Below, in pieces: positions 43,015 to 51,085 of a DNA stretch of 64,000 nt. Under the pieces are notes generated by a model. The model was not told where the DNA came from, ran no database searches, and saw only the letters and a list, made by a program, of their open reading frames with translations. Both the position numbers and the translations under genes were made by a program. Source of the DNA: an uncultured bacterium (GTDB lineage Bacteria; Cyanobacteriota; Vampirovibrionia; Gastranaerophilales; Gastranaerophilaceae); NCBI GenBank assembly GCA_903868125.1, contig CAIPUE010000023.1, positions 19,977-83,976 of the forward strand, written 5' to 3'. The stretch's first letter is position 1, and every line of letters begins with the position of its first letter.

Positions 43015-44835
43015 TTAGTAATTATATATAAAGCGGGGTTTTGTATTACCGTATTCATTACGAATATCCTTAACGTAAAGCGAATATTTGTCTCCCGTTT
43101 CAATTAATTCGAGTCTCTTTTCGATTTCTTTAAGATACAATTTGTCGTCTCTGAAGTTTTTATTTTTGACAATAACAAACGTCGGTCCGCCTTTATATTC
43201 TAGAAGTCTATCAAGTTCCTTAAAGTCAGGATTTGTTACAAAATTCACTTTATCTTGATATTCAATCATCACACTGGGTTTGACCGCAAAATCAAAAGGA
43301 ATCAATTGAGAGCTATTATTTGGTCTTATGCTTATCAATGAATATTTTACGAGTTCATTCTCTCCTGTAGCATATACGAAATTAAAAATTTGAGATACTG
43401 ACAACGACACAATAAAAATCATCGTGAGAATATAGGCTGAGAAGATTGACAATGCTCTTTTAGTGTTTAACCTTAAAACCATCAATATAGATAATAAATA
43501 AAGTGTTACGATTGTTATTTGTTTAAAAGGGTCCATTGCATATTGCAAATCAGAAGGTAAAAAATAATAAGCGATAGATGCTCCCATTGCTGCTAAAATA
43601 AAAATAGTCGCAAATGTTTGAGTTGCAATTGAAATAGCATTTTTGTGTTCGTTTTTTTCATCGCTAATCCACCAATAATAACCTGTTAGCAGGGCTGCGG
43701 CAGGGAACAGAGGTAGAATATAAGTCGGCAATTTTGTGCTGGAAGTACTAAACACCAAGAATATTACCAAAAAGTATATTGAAGTAAATAAAATTAATTT
43801 TTGTTCATTTGTCGTAACCTCAAGTAACGCCAATGTTTTTTCTTTTATTTTGCCTTCAGTGGTTTTAAATTTTTCTGCCAATTTTTTACATCCATCGATT
43901 AAAAATGCTATAAATGAAAACGTCCAAGGCAAAAATCCAAGTAAAAATACAGGGACAAAATACAGAAATGGTCTTTCTCTTCCGAGGCTTTCAGAACCCA
44001 TCAAGCGACCAAAATGGTGAAGTAAAAAATATTCTTTAATGAATTGGTATCCATATTCTTTATACATTGCCAAATGCCAAGGCATTGCGATTAATAAAAA
44101 TATAATAATACCGGGCAAAATATTTACCGGTTTAAAAATATCTTTTACCGTTTTCGTAATGAGATTATAGATAAAAATAATTGTAATAGGTATTGCCAGC
44201 GCCAGAATACCTTTTGCCAAAAACCCTAAGCCGACAAACGTATAAAAAAGCCACCAGTATATTTTTTTATTTTTGTCTTCACAGAAATGGGTCAAGAAAG
44301 CTAAATAAATTGCACTTGTCATAAAAACGGTTAAAACCATATCAATTATCGCCACATGTGACAAGAGTAGGAAAAATACGCTAGACAGTAGTATTAGTGC
44401 GCTAATTATACCAAACTTTCTTGATATAATTCTTTTACCGATATAATAAGTAAAAAATACGATGAACGCTGAAAGTAATGCGATTGGTAATCTTACCGCC
44501 AATGTGCTAAATTCTCCGAAGATTTTTATAGACAAACCCACAATCCAAAAATACAAAGGAGGTTTTTCCAGAAAAGGCACCGCATTAAGCTTTAAGGAAT
44601 TCCAATCAAGTGAATGGATTAAATCCCTCGCCATAACTGCGTATCTCGTTTCATCAACATCCATTAGAGGATAGAAATTCAACCCAACGAAAAGAAAAAT
44701 GACGCAAGCGACTGCTAAAAGAGATAAACAGAATATTTCAGGATGGGCGTTAATCATTTTTAAACCTTTGTCTTTAAGCGACGCAGCAAAACCATCTTCT
44801 ATATTTGTAGAAAATTTTTGTAAAATCTTTTTCAT
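43015..44835 (-). CDS. ArnT/PMT-like (GT39/GT83) membrane glycosyltransferase
   Basis: About 606 aa and multi-TM. The first loop MDVDETRYAVMARDL matches the D-E-x-R-Y glycosyltransferase-C motif. ATG at 44835 lies 5 nt after GGAG. Confidence 0.7.
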   Translation of the reverse strand: MKKILQKFSTNIEDGFAASLKDKGLKMINAHPEIFCLSLLAVACVIFLFVGLNFYPLMDVDETRYAVMARDLIHSLDWNSLKLNAVPFLEKPPLYFWIVGLSIKIFGEFSTLAVRLPIALLSAFIVFFTYYIGKRIISRKFGIISALILLSSVFFLLLSHVAIIDMVLTVFMTSAIYLAFLTHFCEDKNKKIYWWLFYTFVGLGFLAKGILALAIPITIIFIYNLITKTVKDIFKPVNILPGIIIFLLIAMPWHLAMYKEYGYQFIKEYFLLHHFGRLMGSESLGRERPFLYFVPVFLLGFLPWTFSFIAFLIDGCKKLAEKFKTTEGKIKEKTLALLEVTTNEQKLILFTSIYFLVIFLVFSTSSTKLPTYILPLFPAAALLTGYYWWISDEKNEHKNAISIATQTFATIFILAAMGASIAYYFLPSDLQYAMDPFKQITIVTLYLLSILMVLRLNTKRALSIFSAYILTMIFIVSLSVSQIFNFVYATGENELVKYSLISIRPNNSSQLIPFDFAVKPSVMIEYQDKVNFVTNPDFKELDRLLEYKGGPTFVIVKNKNFRDDKLYLKEIEKRLELIETGDKYSLYVKDIRNEYGNTKPRFIYNY

Positions 44836-44924
44836 AAATACTCCTTTTAAGCTCACTATTTTTTTTTCTATGTTACCATTTAATTAGGTATAGCTTATCA
44901 CATTAAGGATGTTTTTGCAAGATT

Positions 44925-45758
44925 ATGAAGTTTTTATTTAAATTAAATTTTACGATGATAGCGTTTATTTTTATGCTTATGCAGTGTGTTTATGCAACAG
45001 AAGTAAAATTCGTTCAAATTACGGACTCACATTTTTCGGCTGTCGGCAAGGATTATTCTCAAAGAGAGGTGGCAAAATCTGAGGGGGTGCTGGAAAAAAC
45101 AATCAAGGATATAAATTCCGTTTCAGGAGTTGATTTTGTGGTTTTTACCGGTGATAATGTCGACACTGCAAATGTATCTGATTTGAAAACATTTTTAACG
45201 ATTGCAAACCAACTTTCAGTTCCATATTATGTTGTAATCGGAAATCACGAGGTTTTTAAATCTCAAAATTTAGATAAAAAAGAATATATGAAAACAGTTC
45301 GCAAATATTCAAAAAATTGTAGACCTCGAAGTGCAAACTATGTTTTTAAAGAAAAAGGGTTAACGTTTATAGTTGTTGACGGTGCAAAAGAAATTATCCC
45401 CGGACCTGCCGGATATTATAAAAAAGATTCTTTAACTTGGTTTGATAAAAAATTAACAAAATATCAGGACGAAAAAGTCGTTGTCTTTCAGCATTTTCCG
45501 ATAGTCGCACCTTATTATAATCGTACTCATACAACTTATAATGTCAAAGATTATGAGACAGTATTGAAAAAGCATACGAATGTTATCGCGATTTTTTCGG
45601 GGCACTACCATGCTAACGGAGAAACAAATAAAGACGGAATTTATCATGTGAGTACCCCCGCATTAATTGAACAACCTCACAATTATAAAATAGTTGAAAT
45701 TTCTATAAAAAATAAAAAAGACTATCAAATTTATACTCAACTAAGGCATGCTGAATGA
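44925..45758 (+). CDS. secreted metallophosphoesterase (calcineurin-like)
   Basis: 277 aa with a signal peptide. Motifs ITDSHF, TGDNVD, GNHE, and HF..GHYH. Confidence 0.75.
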   Translation: MKFLFKLNFTMIAFIFMLMQCVYATEVKFVQITDSHFSAVGKDYSQREVAKSEGVLEKTIKDINSVSGVDFVVFTGDNVDTANVSDLKTFLTIANQLSVPYYVVIGNHEVFKSQNLDKKEYMKTVRKYSKNCRPRSANYVFKEKGLTFIVVDGAKEIIPGPAGYYKKDSLTWFDKKLTKYQDEKVVVFQHFPIVAPYYNRTHTTYNVKDYETVLKKHTNVIAIFSGHYHANGETNKDGIYHVSTPALIEQPHNYKIVEISIKNKKDYQIYTQLRHAE

Positions 45759-45799
45759 ATGTCGCAAAAAGCCTCTTTTCTATGGCTGAGCAGTTATTC

Positions 45800-46672
45800 T
45801 TAAATTTGGTACTTATTTTTCTCAAAAAACATTATGTTTATTAACGAAAATATCATGACAATTATTAACAGCACAACCGCCATTGCCGATGCGTAGCCTA
45901 AATCCAAGTTCTCAAACGCGCGTTCATAAATATAATAAACAATCGTTTTACTTGAACTCAATGGTCCTCCCTTTGTCATAACATAAATTTCTGCAAAAAC
46001 TTTCATCTCAGAAATTGCGCTGATTGTCGAAACAAGTGCAATGGTGGGCATTATGTGAGGGATTGTTACCGTCAAGTGTTTTTTTAATGGTGTTGCGCCG
46101 TCAATATCGCACGCTTCATAAAGCTCTTTAGGCACACTCATCAACGCCGCAAGATAAATCATCATATAATAGCCGATTCCTTTCCAAATCGTTACCACTA
46201 TTACGGAAATCAATGCAAATCTTGTATCGGTGAGCCATCCTATGGGTGCAAAACCTAAACTGCCTATTACATAATTTAAAATCCCCTGCTCCGCGTACAA
46301 CCATTTGAAAGCAATTGCAGCGACGACAATTGACACAATTACGGGGAGATAAATCAAAATTTTGTATAAAGTCATTCCTCTCATTTTTTGGTTAATCAAA
46401 ATCGCCAAAAATAAAGGAATAATTGCCAAAATCGGCACTGCGATAAATAAATACACAAAAGTATTGAATAAAACCTTATAAAAAATCGGAGCCTGCATCA
46501 ATTTTATGTAATTTTGAAGCCCTACATAAGTCGGATGATAAATGCTCGTCGAATAGTCTTGAAAGCTTAATATAATTGTTTGAAAAAACGGGATGAAAAA
46601 AAACACCAATAAAATCAATCCCGCCGGAATTAAAAATAAATATGGAACATAACTTTTGTAATATTTGAACAT
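45800..46672 (-). CDS. carbohydrate ABC transporter permease (MalF/UgpA-like), orphan
   Basis: 290 aa, 6 TM helices. EAA-loop region ELYEACDIDGATPLKKHLTVTIP. Confidence 0.75.
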   Translation of the reverse strand: MFKYYKSYVPYLFLIPAGLILLVFFFIPFFQTIILSFQDYSTSIYHPTYVGLQNYIKLMQAPIFYKVLFNTFVYLFIAVPILAIIPLFLAILINQKMRGMTLYKILIYLPVIVSIVVAAIAFKWLYAEQGILNYVIGSLGFAPIGWLTDTRFALISVIVVTIWKGIGYYMMIYLAALMSVPKELYEACDIDGATPLKKHLTVTIPHIMPTIALVSTISAISEMKVFAEIYVMTKGGPLSSSKTIVYYIYERAFENLDLGYASAMAVVLLIIVMIFSLINIMFFEKNKYQI

Positions 46673-46727
46673 TGTTGAGGTCTCTTATTTTGTGCTCGTT
46701 TTCCTTTATTATCGCACTTTTTATCCT

Positions 46728-48452
46728 CTATTTTGTCATCTGTTTATTGGAGATTTCTTTTGAGCGTAATTTTCTGTGATAAGTTATTGCAAATCTGTGT
46801 GCTTCATCTCTTATCCGTTGGAATAAAAATAAGGCAGAAGAATTTTTAGGCAACATTACCGGTTCAGATTTTCGTGGTAAGAAAATTTCTTCCTCTCGCT
46901 TCGCTAAGCTGACAAAATCAATCCCTAAGTCAGGGTTTGGGATTGCCGCGTCGTTCGCTTCGCTCACTCCTCGCAATGACGTATCAGAAAGCTCTTTGAC
47001 AATCTGCATAACGCTCGACAACTGTCCCTTGCCTCCGTCGATTATTATTAAATCCGGTTTTTCCCAATTCGCTTCGCCTAATCGTTTTAACCTGCGGGTC
47101 AAAACCTCTTTCATTGAAAGAAAGTCATCAGGCTTGCCTTCGGCAAGCCGAATTCTAAACTTTTTGTAGGCAGATTTTTTACTCAAACCGTTAACAAAGG
47201 TCACCATTGAAGCAACCGTATTTGTTCCTTGAATATGAGAAATATCGTAACATTCTATTCGGTGTGGAAAATTATTCAGTTTTAATTTTTCTGCCAAAAA
47301 CGCCCCGATTTCGTTAAAATCATCGCGGATTTTGGACATTTTCTCCAGTTTTGCGTTATTTAAAACAACGGTTGCATTTTTATCCGCCAATGCCTGCAAC
47401 TCCTCGCCCTGTTTACCTTTTGCGTAATTAATCCTGATTTTTTTCTTGGATAAAATCTCCAACCACTCCTGATAAACTTCTTTGTCTCCCAACGCTTCCA
47501 GCTCGCGAGAAACAATTTTGTCGGGGAATTCGAGCGAAAGATTGCTGTAATATTCTTTAAAAAATGTTTCGAAAAACTCTACCCTATCAGCATCTTCGAC
47601 AAAATAGGTAAAATCTTTTTTGTCAATCAATCTTCCTTCTCGAATCATCAAGATTACAATCGCAAAAACTCCTTCATCTGCTCTCAAGGAGATTACATCC
47701 TCGTTCAACTTGGTATTTTCATACACAACCTTCTGCCGCTCAAGGGTTTTCTTCAAATCGACATAACTGTCTCTAAGTCTTGCCGCTTTTTCATATTGTT
47801 GAGATTTGGAATATTCTTGAATTTGGGTTAGCAAATATTTCAAAAGCTCGCTTTGTTTTCCCTGTAAAAAAAGCTCGACTTTTTCGATAAGTTTTTTATA
47901 TTCTTCGGATGAAACAAGCCCCTGACAAGGTGCAAGGCAGCGACCTATCTGATAATAAAGACAAGGTCTTGTTTTGAATTTCGGGGTTTTACATTGCTTT
48001 AGCGGGAAAATCTTCTTTAAAAAATCCAATGTCGAATACATCGCTCTGACATCCGTGTAAGGTCCGTAATATCGACCTTTTTCGAGATTTTTGTTCTTTT
48101 TTCTTGTTACCACAATCCTCGGAAAATCTTCGTTGGTCACCAAAAAATAAGGGTATTTTTTATCGTCTTTCAGCAAAATATTGTATTTTGGCTGGTGTTT
48201 TTTTATTAAGTGAGATTCAAGAATTAACGCTTCAACCTCGGAATTTGTAATAATATATTCTAAATTTTCAATCTGTGGTACAAGCACATTTAATTTTGCA
48301 CTGCCATGGTTTTTATTGAAATAACTTTTTACCCTATTTTTTAGGTTTTTAGCCTTACCGACATAAATTATTTCGCCGTTTATATCGTGGTACAAATAGC
48401 ACCCCGATAAGCTCGGAAGAAGTTTTAGTTTTTCGCTTAAATTCTTATTCAT
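46728..48452 (-). CDS. uvrC: excinuclease ABC subunit C (lacking the C-terminal HhH2 domain)
   Basis: 574 aa. GIY-YIG (GCYLYHD..GEIIYVGKAKNLKNRVKSY), UVR domain (QQYEKAARLRD), RNase-H-like endonuclease domain (IIIDGGKGQ...EAHRFAITYHRKLR). Confidence 0.85.
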   Translation of the reverse strand: MNKNLSEKLKLLPSLSGCYLYHDINGEIIYVGKAKNLKNRVKSYFNKNHGSAKLNVLVPQIENLEYIITNSEVEALILESHLIKKHQPKYNILLKDDKKYPYFLVTNEDFPRIVVTRKKNKNLEKGRYYGPYTDVRAMYSTLDFLKKIFPLKQCKTPKFKTRPCLYYQIGRCLAPCQGLVSSEEYKKLIEKVELFLQGKQSELLKYLLTQIQEYSKSQQYEKAARLRDSYVDLKKTLERQKVVYENTKLNEDVISLRADEGVFAIVILMIREGRLIDKKDFTYFVEDADRVEFFETFFKEYYSNLSLEFPDKIVSRELEALGDKEVYQEWLEILSKKKIRINYAKGKQGEELQALADKNATVVLNNAKLEKMSKIRDDFNEIGAFLAEKLKLNNFPHRIECYDISHIQGTNTVASMVTFVNGLSKKSAYKKFRIRLAEGKPDDFLSMKEVLTRRLKRLGEANWEKPDLIIIDGGKGQLSSVMQIVKELSDTSLRGVSEANDAAIPNPDLGIDFVSLAKREEEIFLPRKSEPVMLPKNSSALFLFQRIRDEAHRFAITYHRKLRSKEISNKQMTK

Positions 48453-48789
48453 TAATTTGAATTATATCATGTTTTGCAATATTTTTAGCAGAAATTTGAC
48501 CACATTTAAGTTCTATAACATACGAAGAATTGAAATGAATCGGCAAAATTCGCCAAGGTTTTACATTTTCATACAAAGCGATAATTTCATCATTTGTTCC
48601 CACAAATAAAACGTCAATTGAAAACTGCATAAAAAACGTATGAATAGAATTACAAGGCTTAATCATTAATCCCTCAGATTTCGAAATCATCTTTTGGGGT
48701 ATAAGCCCCAATGTCCTAGTAATAAAGGATTTTGCGAGTTTTACGTCATCCGCTATTAAATTATTTTGTGTAGAATTGTAAATTTTCAT
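48445..48789 (-). CDS. DUF192 domain protein
   Basis: LAKSFITRTLGL..GLMIKPCNSIHTFFMQFSIDVLFV..VKPWRI fits DUF192/COG1430. The track ORF is trimmed to ATG 48789. Confidence 0.65.
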   Translation of the reverse strand: MKIYNSTQNNLIADDVKLAKSFITRTLGLIPQKMISKSEGLMIKPCNSIHTFFMQFSIDVLFVGTNDEIIALYENVKPWRILPIHFNSSYVIELKCGQISAKNIAKHDIIQINE

Positions 48790-48874
48790 GTGCTTACTCA
48801 CTTTAAATTTGCTAAAACATTTGCTATAATATAAAACGTATATCATAAGTATATTATCATAAAAGGAAGGCATC

Positions 48875-49153
48875 ATGATTCTTGAGTATAAAGTAAACGA
48901 AATGCATGTTCAAGCCGCTTGGCTGAAAACTCTTTATGATTTAATAGACGAATTAAATTGCAAGTGCAAAACTTATATTGAAGAATCTTACAATCAAACT
49001 TATAAACATTTTTCTCGTATGCGGATAATAGAAGTATACGGCTCTGATACAATGTTAGGTTGGCTAAAATTACGTATGGAACGATATTTGTATTTTATTT
49101 CAACACACGAATCTAAAAATATTTATTCAGAAATGCACGAGGCTGCCGAGTAG
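48875..49153 (+). CDS. hypothetical protein
   Basis: 92-aa ORF with no recognised domain. Confidence 0.35.
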   Translation: MILEYKVNEMHVQAAWLKTLYDLIDELNCKCKTYIEESYNQTYKHFSRMRIIEVYGSDTMLGWLKLRMERYLYFISTHESKNIYSEMHEAAE

Positions 49154-49186
49154 GGCTATAAGGGGAATGTTTTGAGCTTTGCACAG

Positions 49187-49220
49187 TCTCTTTACTCTTC
49201 ACCGTTTACCGTTTACCCGT
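49187..49220 (-). repeat. inverted heptamer array between convergent genes
   Basis: TCTCTTTACTCTTCACCGTTTACCGTTTACCCGTT, ending 1 nt before the speH stop codon. Confidence 0.85.
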
Positions 49221-49221
49221 T

Positions 49222-49644
49222 CTAAAACTGCGTACTCAATTCAAAAGGTGTTTGTGCAACTGTCAAAGTTTCTTCGTCAATAATTCCACGCTTTAATTCT
49301 GTGAAAGAAGCGTTTTTTGAGTTGAACATTTTTTTCAAATATGCGTAAGAAATTTTGGGATCGCACTTGTCTCCGCAGGTAAATAAATCTACAGCAGCAT
49401 AACCTAATTCGGGCCATGTATGTATTGCAAGATGACTTTCAGCTATAATAACAACTCCGCTCACTCCGTAAGGGTTAAACATATGAAAACATTTCTGAAC
49501 AATAGTTGCACCACATTCCAGCGCGGCTTCTATCATCAATTTTTCAACTAGTGAAACGTTGTTTAAGATATTTGGGTCGCATTCAAAAAATTCAGCTAAA
49601 ACGTGTTGACCCAAATGTACTTGTTGTTTTCCGTTTTTGCTCAT
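49222..49644 (-). CDS. speH: S-adenosylmethionine decarboxylase proenzyme (class 1, SpeH/SpeD type)
   Basis: LGQHVLAEFFEC, self-cleavage site VVIIAESHLAIHTWPE, DLFTCG. The start is ambiguous: ATG 49644 or TTG 49671. Confidence 0.85.
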   Translation of the reverse strand: MSKNGKQQVHLGQHVLAEFFECDPNILNNVSLVEKLMIEAALECGATIVQKCFHMFNPYGVSGVVIIAESHLAIHTWPELGYAAVDLFTCGDKCDPKISYAYLKKMFNSKNASFTELKRGIIDEETLTVAQTPFELSTQF

Positions 49645-49908
49645 ACTGGTAAAAGGTGAAGTTATTTCCAATTCATGTGCCTCCTTATGGTGTGTGCGTA
49701 CAAACCTAATTTTTAGTGACAATTTAAATATTACAATAAAAAACAAAAAAAAAGTAATTATTGCTCTATTTTTAAAAAAATCTTTATAATTTTTAACAAG
49801 AATATACCCCAAAACGAGCTATATTAGCTCGTTTAAATAATGTATTTTGTTAACTTTTATTAATCTTTATTAATTTACAATTTTATCATTTTATTATAAA
49901 ATCGGGTT

Positions 49909-50604
49909 ATGAATAAAATTTTGGTTATAGATGATGAACAAGCCATAAACGAATTGATTAAAATAAACCTTGAGCTGGTCGGCTACAGGGTAATTCAGGC
50001 ATTAGACGGCATAAAAGGCTTTGCTCTGGCGAAGCAGGAGCTGCCTAACGCAATTATTTTGGATGTTATGATGCCCGAGGTTGACGGTTATACGGTTGCA
50101 CAAAGAATCAGGCAAAACCCTTTGACAAAAAATATTCCTATCCTGATGTTGACCGCACTTTCTCAACTCAAGGACAAGGTTAGAGGTTTCGATATAGGTA
50201 TAGATGATTATCTGGTCAAACCGTTTGAGATGGAGGAATTAAAGGTTCGGATAAGGGCTATTTTGAAACGTTCAAATCAAATCCCCGAATCTGTTGCGAT
50301 TAAAGAACTTCTTAGCGTAAAAGAGATTACGCTTTTGCCTGAAACTTATTCGGTAAAAATCAACGAAAGTATGGCAAAATTAACTCCGATTGAGTTTGAG
50401 ATTTTTAACTTGCTGTTCCAAAATCACGGTAATATGGTTTCATCCGCAAAATTATTAAACGATATTTGGGGATATTCACCTGACGATGAAATCGAAACAA
50501 TTCGGGTTCATATCAGACATTTAAGAACAAAAATCGAAAAAATCTCTAACGGCAAAAAATATATCCAAACGATTTATGGCGGGGGATATAAACTTGAACT
50601 TTAA
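49909..50604 (+). CDS. OmpR-family response regulator (receiver + winged helix)
   Basis: 231 aa. ILVIDDE, ILDVMMPEVDG, DDYLVKPF. The C-terminal IRVHIRHLRTKIE..YIQTIYGGGYKL is a winged-helix signature. Confidence 0.85.
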   Translation: MNKILVIDDEQAINELIKINLELVGYRVIQALDGIKGFALAKQELPNAIILDVMMPEVDGYTVAQRIRQNPLTKNIPILMLTALSQLKDKVRGFDIGIDDYLVKPFEMEELKVRIRAILKRSNQIPESVAIKELLSVKEITLLPETYSVKINESMAKLTPIEFEIFNLLFQNHGNMVSSAKLLNDIWGYSPDDEIETIRVHIRHLRTKIEKISNGKKYIQTIYGGGYKLEL

Positions 50605-50810
50605 AATGTGGATAGCGAATATAATACGGGGAAGTTCAAAACTCTCAAATATTGGTTTGCTAACCCAACGGCAATAAATCAATTATGCTTTTATCGCAAC
50701 TCGGTATTAGTGTTTAACCATGGTTCTTGCGAAAAGTCCATGAAATTTTGATATAGCTGGATAGAATACATCACAAAAGGCTAGAAGTCAGTAAAATAGA
50801 TGCCCTAGTC

Positions 50811-50947
50811 CTCCTCGCCCCTTGAGGGAAATTCTTGGGGAGGGGTGAAACACGCATGCTTCCACGCGAAACCCCTCACCCGACTTTCTAACACTCGCGG
50901 GCTTCCGCTCGTGCGGAAAGTCGCCCTCTCCCTCAAGGGGAGAGGGG
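50811..50947 (+). other. GC-rich nested-palindrome element upstream of kup (candidate structured RNA or REP/MITE core)
   Basis: Three nested stems: CCCCTTGAGGGA (50818-50829) / TCCCTCAAGGGG (50929-50940); GAGGGGT (50840-50846) / ACCCCTC (50871-50877); CGACTTTC (50881-50888) / GAAAGTCG (50916-50923). Confidence 0.7.
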
Positions 50948-51085
50948 TAGAACGCTTGTTGTGTCTGGCTTTTAGCTTTGTATATAGGCTGACATTTAAT
51001 CATATTAGTATTTCACGCATTTTTCGGAAGAACCGTTAACCATTTAATGCTTGATTTTTAGTATTTATATTATACAGTTGTAATC

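Noticed and set aside
50788-51039. ORFs 50788..51003 (-) and 50845..51039 (+) in the kup upstream region.
   Set aside because: They are mirror-image translations of the nested GC-rich palindrome (SPLEGEG / LSLKGRG). They have no SD and overlap each other on opposite strands, so they are almost certainly non-coding.
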